A stretch of DNA of 64,000 nt from an uncultured Armatimonadetes bacterium (GTDB taxonomy: Bacteria > Armatimonadota > UBA5829 > DTJY01): NCBI GenBank assembly GCA_963717145.1, contig OY970325.1:5120001-5184000 (forward strand), in the 5' to 3' direction. The position numbers and the translations under genes were made by a program. The notes beneath the pieces are model-generated. The model was not told the origin of the DNA. It was given only the letters and a program-made list of their open reading frames with translations, and searched no databases. Below, one piece after another: positions 56,751 through 64,000 of the stretch. The first letter of the stretch is position 1. Each line of letters starts with the position of its first letter.

Positions 56751-58129
56751 TGAGCAAGCATCTTGTCCCAACGCTGTGCATACTTCTGACCGCCGTCTGC
56801 GCCGGAATGGCGATGGGCACAGTCGCGGTGTCTGTCGACGCATCGAAGTCCATCGGCCCATTCAACCCCATCTGCCGTGACTTTGGACAGGGCGGGGAGA
56901 GCGCAGACCCGGATTACCTCCGTCCGCTGATCGAGCCAATGCGGGCGCTCAAACCGCGGCTGATCCGCTTGGACCACGTCCTGAATCACTGCGTGAAGGC
57001 CGAGGTCAAGGATGGCAAGATGACCGTGGACTTCACAGCGCTGGACAAGCGGCTTGAGATCATCCGCGCGATGGGCGCCGAGCCGCTTATGTGCCTGAGC
57101 TTCTCTCCGATGACGATCAGCGGGCAGAAATCGAACATAGACCCACCAAACGATCTGAAGTTCTGGGAAGAACTCGTCTACCGAGTGGTGAAGTACGTCA
57201 ACGGCGATCGCAAACTTGGGGTGAAGTACTGGGAATTGTGGAATGAGCCGAACCTCAGAGTATTCTGGACGGGCAACAGGGAGCAGTTCCTCGAGCTGTA
57301 CGAGGTCACTGAGAAAGCCGTCATTCGGGCGGATCCCACCGTGAAGTTCGGCGGCGCGGGCTACTACGGATTCCCCGATGACTGGATTCGCGCCATGGCG
57401 GAACAAGCCAAGTCGAAGGGTCTGCGTATGGACTTCATCTCGTGGCATGTGTACAAGGACTCGCGCGCAGGCGTCGAGCAGCAGGTCACGCGGGCTCGCG
57501 CCTTGCTGAAGGAACTGGGGCTGAAGTCGGAGCTGATAGTCGACGAGTGGAACTACAACGCGCAGCTCGATCCGGGCAACGACGACCACAACGGCGCAGT
57601 CATCGTGGCCGACATGATATGCAGGATGACTGAGTCAGGCATCGACCGCGCGCCGTTCTTCGAGATCAAGGACGGCTCGAACGAGAACCGCTACTGGGGG
57701 CGCTGGGGGCTGTTCACCGCCGACCATCACCCTAAGGCGTCCTACTATGCATTCCTCGGGTTCGCCCATATGGAGGGTAACCGCCTGTCATTCGCCGGCG
57801 CGCAGAAGCTTCCGGGCGGCGAGGTCATCAGCAAGTCCCCGGCCAGGATAGGCGGCATGGCGGTCGGTAAGGGCAAGACGCTCGATGTGGTCCTCTACAA
57901 CACGAGCCTGAAGCTGGATGAGACCGTGGACCTGACGATATCGGGGCTCGGCAAGTCGGCAGTCAGGGCACATGTCTATCGCATAGACGAAACCCACTCC
58001 AACCCCGCGCGAACCGGCCGGGAGAACGGCCTCGAACAAGTTGATGAGCAGATGCTCAGTCCAAAGAATGGCGTCATTCGGATGAACGTCACGCTGCCCA
58101 GGCGCTCGGTCGCATTTGTGCGTTTGTGA
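56750..58129 (+). CDS. Glycoside hydrolase family 39-like, secreted
   Basis: Signal peptide; PP.D...W.ELV, YWELWNEPN, DFISWH.Y, VDEWN. Confidence 0.85.
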   Translation: MSKHLVPTLCILLTAVCAGMAMGTVAVSVDASKSIGPFNPICRDFGQGGESADPDYLRPLIEPMRALKPRLIRLDHVLNHCVKAEVKDGKMTVDFTALDKRLEIIRAMGAEPLMCLSFSPMTISGQKSNIDPPNDLKFWEELVYRVVKYVNGDRKLGVKYWELWNEPNLRVFWTGNREQFLELYEVTEKAVIRADPTVKFGGAGYYGFPDDWIRAMAEQAKSKGLRMDFISWHVYKDSRAGVEQQVTRARALLKELGLKSELIVDEWNYNAQLDPGNDDHNGAVIVADMICRMTESGIDRAPFFEIKDGSNENRYWGRWGLFTADHHPKASYYAFLGFAHMEGNRLSFAGAQKLPGGEVISKSPARIGGMAVGKGKTLDVVLYNTSLKLDETVDLTISGLGKSAVRAHVYRIDETHSNPARTGRENGLEQVDEQMLSPKNGVIRMNVTLPRRSVAFVRL

Positions 58130-59070
58130 GAGAGATGATGGGAGAACCCGTTGGCAGAAGAGGCTCTGAAGGATCGAGGTGGTTCGCGTTCCAGTACCGG
58201 TACGCGCCATATCTGTTCGTCTCGCCGTTCCTCCTCATATTCGCCGTATTCGGAGCCTGGCCGATAATCAAGAGCCTGATCCTCTCGTTCCACACCACCA
58301 ACGGTCCGAAGGACGTGGTCTTCGTCGGCCTGAGCAACTTCAGGTTTCTGATGGACGATCCCGACTTCCTGAAGGCAGTCTCGAACACGGCCCAGTACGC
58401 ATTCTGGTCCGTGTTCCTGCAACTCCCGCTCAGCCTCGGATTGGCCATCCTGCTGAGCCGGAACTGGCTCAGGGGCCGGGAGTTCCTCCGGCTCGCATTC
58501 TTCTCGCCGCACCTGCTCGGACAGGTCTTTGTGGGAGTGCTTTTCAGCGTGATCTTCATCCCGCAGTACGGCCTGCTCAACAAGGTGCTGCACGCGATCG
58601 CCGGGGTGCCGCTGGACACCAAGTGGCTCGCCAATCCATCCCTGGTGATGCCGGCGCTCGTGCTCACGTCGCTGTGGATGTACGTCGGATTCAACATGAT
58701 CTACTTCCTGGCGGCGCTTCAGGCGGTCGACCGCGAACTCTACGACGCCGCTCAGGTCGATGGGGCGAACGGATGGCAGACGTTCCGCGCGGTGACGATG
58801 CCTGGGATCAAGCCGGTCGCCGTCTTCGTGCTGGTGATGAGCACCATCGGCTCGTTCCAACTCTTCGAGCTGCCGTATACCATGCTGGGTAACAGTCCCG
58901 GACCGGACAAGGCGGGGCTGACCGTGGTGATGCACCTCTACGAGAGTGGCTTCGTGACCGGCGACCTCGGATATGCATCGGCGATTGGGTGGACTCTCGC
59001 GCTCGGCGTGCTGGTGATCAGCCTGATTCAGATGCGGGTCACCGGCGCGTGGAAGGGAGGGACGTCGTGA
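58126..59070 (+). CDS. Carbohydrate ABC transporter permease
   Basis: PYLFVSP, FVGLSNF, YGLLN, ELYDAAQVDGA (EAA loop), GYASAIG. Confidence 0.93.
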   Translation: MREMMGEPVGRRGSEGSRWFAFQYRYAPYLFVSPFLLIFAVFGAWPIIKSLILSFHTTNGPKDVVFVGLSNFRFLMDDPDFLKAVSNTAQYAFWSVFLQLPLSLGLAILLSRNWLRGREFLRLAFFSPHLLGQVFVGVLFSVIFIPQYGLLNKVLHAIAGVPLDTKWLANPSLVMPALVLTSLWMYVGFNMIYFLAALQAVDRELYDAAQVDGANGWQTFRAVTMPGIKPVAVFVLVMSTIGSFQLFELPYTMLGNSPGPDKAGLTVVMHLYESGFVTGDLGYASAIGWTLALGVLVISLIQMRVTGAWKGGTS

Positions 59071-59188
59071 GAAAGGGTGTTGGGTGTTCGGTGTTGGGTG
59101 AGGCGGCGCGGGAGCGCCTCAGGGGTGTTGGGGCTCCTACTCATACTCATACTCATATTCATACCCAAGAACCCGGGAGCGAAACACC

Positions 59189-60001
59189 ATGAGGCTGCTG
59201 GTTCGAGGACTCGCCTATCTGCTGCTGATCGTCGGGGCGGCTATCGCGCTCACTCCGATACTCTGGCTCGTGGCGGCGACAACCAAAGGCCCGGACGACC
59301 TCTTCCATTACACGTTCTTCGCGCCGAGGTTCTCGTGGTTCAACTTCAGGGGTTTATTCACCACCATCCCGTTCCTCAGGCACATGATGAACAGCATCTT
59401 CATCGCCGGGACGGTCGTGAGCGTGCAGTTGTTCTTCTCGTCGATGGCGGGGTTCGCGCTGGCGAAGTACGAGTTCAAGGGCAAGAGGGCGGTCATGGTC
59501 CTGATGCTTGCCACGATGATGATCCCCGGCCAGGTAGTCATGGCGCCGCTGTACGAGTTGATCTACCGCCTCGGCCTGGTGGATACGTACATGGGGCTAG
59601 TCATCCCCGGCGCGGTGAGCATCTTCGGGATATTCCTGTTCCGCCAGTCGATCCTGCAGGTGCCGAGCGAACTGCTCGACGCCGGCCGGATCGACGGCTG
59701 CTCGGAGTTCCGCCTCTACTGGGACATAGTGATGCCCGTCTCACGCCCGATGATCGGCGCGTTCTGCCTGATCAGCTTCATGGGGTCGTGGAACAGCTTC
59801 CTCTGGCCGCAGATCATCCTCCACCACAGCGACCGGTTCACGCTCCCGATCGCGCTGAATCAGATGGTGGGGCTGTATTCCCAGCAGTACGGCACGCTGA
59901 TGGCGGGGACGCTCCTGAGCGTGCTGCCGGTCGTCATCCTGTTCATGGTCCTGCAGAAGGAGTTCGTGGCGGGCCTCACCGCCGGCGCGGTCAAGGGCTG
60001 A
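59189..60001 (+). CDS. Carbohydrate ABC transporter permease
   Basis: AGFALAKYEFKG, MMIPGQV, P.ELLDAGRIDGC, WNSFLWP, GAVKG. Confidence 0.93.
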   Translation: MRLLVRGLAYLLLIVGAAIALTPILWLVAATTKGPDDLFHYTFFAPRFSWFNFRGLFTTIPFLRHMMNSIFIAGTVVSVQLFFSSMAGFALAKYEFKGKRAVMVLMLATMMIPGQVVMAPLYELIYRLGLVDTYMGLVIPGAVSIFGIFLFRQSILQVPSELLDAGRIDGCSEFRLYWDIVMPVSRPMIGAFCLISFMGSWNSFLWPQIILHHSDRFTLPIALNQMVGLYSQQYGTLMAGTLLSVLPVVILFMVLQKEFVAGLTAGAVKG

Positions 60002-60031
60002 TCGGAGTGGGATGGCGAACGCATCGAATCC

Positions 60032-60132
60032 GTAGGAGGGATTTGCCGGGATGATCGTGCCCGGTAATCCCGAACGCAACGCATCGACCTTCGGGATTAC
60101 CGGGCACGATCATCCCGGCAAATCCCTCCTAC
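60032..60132. repeat. Long GTAG-REP doublet between convergent genes
   Basis: 43-bp perfect arms 60032-60074 / 60090-60132; each arm is itself a hairpin. Confidence 0.88.
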
Positions 60133-60136
60133 ACCG

Positions 60137-61096
60137 CTATCGACGAGGCGAGTTCGTCCTGGGCGTCGGGTGACACCTCGGGCCGGCGGGAGTCCAGATG
60201 AGCGGGTCGATGCACATCAGGCGGGCGGTCATGGCGGGGTCCCATGCGTGGCAGACGATGATCTCCGAGCCGTCCGGGCCTTCGACGAACGAGTTGTGCC
60301 CCGGACCGATCACGCCCGGCGCTGAGCGGAGCACCCTCGCGCCGCTTCCATCATTGTCGTCCACGTATGGCCCCATCACCGAATCGGCGATGACATAATC
60401 CACGCCGTAGGTGTCATTCTTCCAGCACCCGCCGCTGTAGAAGCAGTAGTAGCGGCCGTTGTGCTTCCGAACGGCCCCGCCTTCGAGGGTATGCCAGTCG
60501 TAGACGCAGCCGTACATCGGGCGGTCGGCCATGAACCGCTGCCAGTCGTGCCTCGCGCGCATGACGACTCGCTCTTCCCCGGCGAGCTTCGTCATGCCGA
60601 TGAGCCGATCGACCGCCAATCCCGTGCCCGCCCTGAAGCCGCCGTCGGTGTCGAGGAAATCGCGGGCGTAGAAGAGATACCACTCGCCGTCGTCGTCGCG
60701 AAACGGGCTGGCGTCGATGGAGAATGGGCAGGTTGAGGGATCGATCACCGGCGTGCCGGTGTCCTCATATGGGCCCTCCGGCTTCTCACTCACGGCGACC
60801 CGGACGTGATGCCCCTTGTCGCCGTGACCGACGGAGTAGTAGAGGTAGAACCGTCCGTCCGAGTATGCAACCTCCGGCGCCCAGTAGTCGTTCCCGAGGT
60901 CGGGACTGACCGCCATCAGCGCGTAACCCAGCGACTCCCAGTTCACCAGATCGGCCGAACGGAGTAGGGGAAACCTGCTCGGCCCGGATGTGTCCTTCGC
61001 CGCCCGGCTCGTCCCGACGGCATAGTATGTTCCGTCGTGCCGCCAGGCGAACGGATCAGCGAAGTATTGATCGTAGACCGGATTGGTATGTTTCAT
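60137..61096 (-). CDS. Glycoside hydrolase family 43
   Basis: FADP, S.DLVNW, WAPEV, IDASPF.DDDG, TLEG, GPGHNS. Confidence 0.93.
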   Translation of the reverse strand: MKHTNPVYDQYFADPFAWRHDGTYYAVGTSRAAKDTSGPSRFPLLRSADLVNWESLGYALMAVSPDLGNDYWAPEVAYSDGRFYLYYSVGHGDKGHHVRVAVSEKPEGPYEDTGTPVIDPSTCPFSIDASPFRDDDGEWYLFYARDFLDTDGGFRAGTGLAVDRLIGMTKLAGEERVVMRARHDWQRFMADRPMYGCVYDWHTLEGGAVRKHNGRYYCFYSGGCWKNDTYGVDYVIADSVMGPYVDDNDGSGARVLRSAPGVIGPGHNSFVEGPDGSEIIVCHAWDPAMTARLMCIDPLIWTPAGPRCHPTPRTNSPRR

Positions 61097-63369
61097 TCCA
61101 GCACCAACGCCACGGACGATCGCTCGCCGGCGACCGATACGGAGAACGCCCCGTCAGCCTCATTCACGGTCCCGGTGCTGATCCACTCGCCGGAGGTCGT
61201 GTCGTAGCAGCGATACTTGGCTGTCTCGGGGCCGTTCCATGTGATGGACAGCCTCATCTCTGACGGCTTCGGGGATGCAACCCACACCAGTGCGCCCTTG
61301 GAGGTACCTGTCGAGCAGGCAACCCATCCCTCCGGGACCGCGACCTTGATCTCCGAGGGAGTCCCGATCAGCTTCGCCCAAGGGACGTCTTTCACGAACT
61401 TGCCCATTCGGCCAAGATGCTGATACATCCCCTCCGAGAGATGGTGCGGGCCTCGGTAGGGCCATCGGAGGCCGCTCCCTGCGCCGCCGGACGCCAAGTG
61501 CGCCCAACTCATGTTGTGGAAGACTTTGTCATCGAGGTTCTGATCCGCGATCCAGCGGTTAATCGGGCCGTTTTCGCCGTCGATGTACGGCCGGTTGTCC
61601 TTGATCTGCGAGAGCGCATACGTGACACCTCTCCGGATCGCGAGCGCCGGGCCAATCGGCTCGTCGGGCCACATCGCTGCGTCGAGGTAGAGGTGGGTGG
61701 TGGCAAGGTCCATCCCCGGCTGCCTGTATGCCAACTCGCCCCACGCGCCGTCCGGTATCGGGTGGCCAGTGGAGATGCAGATCAGATGGTTGCGCCCCCA
61801 CTTCTGCTTCTCATACTCGCGCACGTAGTCGCCCATCTCCTTTGCCCATGCCTGCGTCTGCTCCCCGGACGCGTCCCACCACTTGTCCGCCTCGTTCAGA
61901 AGCTCCCAGGCGAAGACCGTCCCGGTGTTGCCCCACCGGTCTATCATGAACTTCAGCCGCTTCTTCTGCGCCTTGACGACCTCCGGCTTGGTGATGAACT
62001 CGGCGCGTTCTCCCACCTGGCCGCCATTCTTCGCGTTGTACGGATTCCGGTCCCAAGTATGGTTCATCCAGAAAGTGTCCCACGGGGTGATCATCAGCTT
62101 GATGTCATGCTTCCTCGCCAGGTTGACGATGTTGTCGAGAAACGCCACCTGTTCCGCGCTGAACGTGCCGACCGGGTCCTCCAGAAGGAATCCGCCGGCC
62201 GGTGACTCGAGCATCAGCCGGATGAGGTTCACGCCGCACTCATTCAGGTGCTTGAAGAACGCATCGGTGACCGTGGGATCGTACTCAGGTCGTCCGATCG
62301 CGGACTCGTATGTCGAGGGCCAGTCGGGATTGTGGTTGTAGCCCAGGGGCGTGAAGAACTTGCCGTCGGCATGCACGAAGTACTTCCCGCCGGGCGCGAC
62401 TCGGACGTAATCTTCCTTGGCGGGATTGGCCGTGGCAAGCGGCGTGGGGTTCTGTATAGACGACTGAAGAGCCTTTGACGCTGCTGCAAACCGGCCCGTT
62501 AGGTCGAGAGCCGCTTCCTTGAGGGTCGCCGACAAGGCATCGGTCGTCCGAGTAGCCTGTGCCGCCTTGAGCTTGTCCGTCCAACTGCCGATCGCCGTCC
62601 GAAGCGGAAGGTCGATCGGCGAGCACTCCTTGAACCACGGCATCCAGATGTCGATCTTGTGCCTGATGGACGCGTACTCGGCAAGCGAATCCACGTTCAG
62701 CCCGCCGGCCTTTCCAACGGCCATGCGAAGGATCGAATTGGCGAGCGGGTCTCCCTTGACGTGTTGCTGCACGTCAAGGGCCTCGATCAAATCGGATGCG
62801 GGCGACCCGTCCCTTGCCACGACCTTCACCCGGAGTCCCCAGCCGCCAAAGTGTTGATCGACCTTGAAGAGCAGGCGGTTTGCGCCGGGGTCCAACTTGA
62901 TATCGACTTGATCGGTCTGCCCCTCGACCCCTCGCGTCAGGTGGTTTGTGTGGATGAGCTTCCCGTTGAGCCAGGCCTTCACGCCGTCGTCGCTGCCGAC
63001 AAGCAGGCGGGCGTCCATCGATGACTTGCTGATCAGGGCCGCATAGGCATACCCGACCGCGGGCTCCCCCGTCTTGAAGATCGGAAGGAAGTCGAGGCCC
63101 TTCTTCGCATCTTCGACCGCCAACTGCCACTTCCCCGACGATGCCTTCTGACCTTCGACCGCCTTGATGCCGGTCTCGCCGATGTAGTCCGTCTCGAACC
63201 CCTTACAGTCCTTGAACTCCTTGTCCGCCGGATTCGGGAACGGCCCCGCCACGAGCCACCCGAGTATATCTCCATCAGGCCCGAGCCGCAGGTTCACGTT
63301 CGCGCCGAATGCATGCGTGCATATGCCCAGTGCGATGAACATGAGCGCAGTAGTTCGGAGTTGCTTCAT
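61093..63369 (-). CDS. Secreted GH5-like (clan GH-A) glycoside hydrolase with N-terminal beta-sandwich domain
   Basis: Signal peptide; WLVAGPF, GSDDG.K.WLNG, G.NRLLFKV; GVNLIR, AWELLNE, HLY, DGENG. Confidence 0.75.
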   Translation of the reverse strand: MKQLRTTALMFIALGICTHAFGANVNLRLGPDGDILGWLVAGPFPNPADKEFKDCKGFETDYIGETGIKAVEGQKASSGKWQLAVEDAKKGLDFLPIFKTGEPAVGYAYAALISKSSMDARLLVGSDDGVKAWLNGKLIHTNHLTRGVEGQTDQVDIKLDPGANRLLFKVDQHFGGWGLRVKVVARDGSPASDLIEALDVQQHVKGDPLANSILRMAVGKAGGLNVDSLAEYASIRHKIDIWMPWFKECSPIDLPLRTAIGSWTDKLKAAQATRTTDALSATLKEAALDLTGRFAAASKALQSSIQNPTPLATANPAKEDYVRVAPGGKYFVHADGKFFTPLGYNHNPDWPSTYESAIGRPEYDPTVTDAFFKHLNECGVNLIRLMLESPAGGFLLEDPVGTFSAEQVAFLDNIVNLARKHDIKLMITPWDTFWMNHTWDRNPYNAKNGGQVGERAEFITKPEVVKAQKKRLKFMIDRWGNTGTVFAWELLNEADKWWDASGEQTQAWAKEMGDYVREYEKQKWGRNHLICISTGHPIPDGAWGELAYRQPGMDLATTHLYLDAAMWPDEPIGPALAIRRGVTYALSQIKDNRPYIDGENGPINRWIADQNLDDKVFHNMSWAHLASGGAGSGLRWPYRGPHHLSEGMYQHLGRMGKFVKDVPWAKLIGTPSEIKVAVPEGWVACSTGTSKGALVWVASPKPSEMRLSITWNGPETAKYRCYDTTSGEWISTGTVNEADGAFSVSVAGERSSVALVLE

Positions 63370-63378
63370 CTCGTCCTT

Positions 63379-64000
63379 TCAAAGCTGCAGGCGGATCATC
63401 GACAACACCTGCCGGAGATCGGTGATCACCGGGCCGTCCCAGCCATCCGCATCCGGTCGCTTCGGGATGTGGACACCGTCTGCGTCGGCCCTGATGAGGA
63501 CCGGGTGCATCCCCGCTTCTTGTGCACCGCTCAACTCGTGACTCCCGCCGTCTCCCACATAGAGGCACTGGTCCGGAGAGACTCCCAGCTTCTCGCATGC
63601 CATGATGTATGGGCGTCTGTCAGGCTTGGTGACGCCGACTTCGGGGGAGAACACCGCCTCGTGAATCAACTCGGCGAACGGCGTTTCGTGCCAGACGCGT
63701 CGGACCTCCGGCACACAGTCGGAGATGATACCCAGTCGGAATCCCGCCGACCGCAGGTGCGACAGGACTTCGATGGCTCCGTCCCTTGGATGCAGGTTTC
63801 GCCTGATGAGATCGAGGCGGATGTCCGTAGCTTTGCGTATTTGTTCGGCAGTCGCCTGTCTGCCCAGTCGCTCGCACAGATAGACGAGGCAATCCTCGTA
63901 TCGGGAGAACTCGCCTGCATAGCGCTTGCCGATGGATTGATTCCAGACTCGCCGCATCTCCTCGACTGGGATGTCGAGCACGGCGGCGATATGAAGGTGG
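63379..64000 (-). CDS. HAD-superfamily hydrolase (5' end outside the window)
   Basis: LGIISD, S.EVG.TKPD, CLYVGDG..HEL.GA..AGM. Confidence 0.88.
   Translation of the reverse strand, partial: HLHIAAVLDIPVEEMRRVWNQSIGKRYAGEFSRYEDCLVYLCERLGRQATAEQIRKATDIRLDLIRRNLHPRDGAIEVLSHLRSAGFRLGIISDCVPEVRRVWHETPFAELIHEAVFSPEVGVTKPDRRPYIMACEKLGVSPDQCLYVGDGGSHELSGAQEAGMHPVLIRADADGVHIPKRPDADGWDGPVITDLRQVLSMIRLQL

Overview
GC-rich bacterial chromosomal window, probably Armatimonadota. That assignment is an inference from the C-terminal domain of the two big secreted proteins and the general gene style. The window is dominated by glycan catabolism: 7 Cys-type sulfatases, GHL10 x2, GH172, GH39, GH43, GH5-like, GH42-like (one fused to a BNR/sialidase propeller), 2 beta-helix proteins, sugar ABC components without ATPases, and an rhaT-aldolase-isomerase-URO-D-family run. 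Embedded in it is a Ser/Thr partner-switching signalling cluster (SBP + HAMP-GAF-PP2C, membrane PAS-GAF-RsbT/W-type kinase, STAS, CheB/CheR-PAS + PAS-GAF-PP2C). The most striking non-coding signal is a dense set of palindromic elements: a REP-associated tyrosine transposase (RAYT) flanked by its own GTGG REPs, at least five other GTAG-REP types, and four genes whose TAG stop is the TAG of a REP's GTAG end. There are also several 100-120 bp nested palindromes and 6-9 nt tandem microrepeats. A tandemly duplicated GHL10 unit keeps its promoter, paired palindromic boxes, a possibly structured 5' leader and its 3' hairpin, while its middle domains are swapped. Seven genes carry single-base frameshifts that mostly look like long-read errors. 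No rRNA, tRNA or CRISPR array was seen. All family assignments come from motif recognition by eye; no database search was run.
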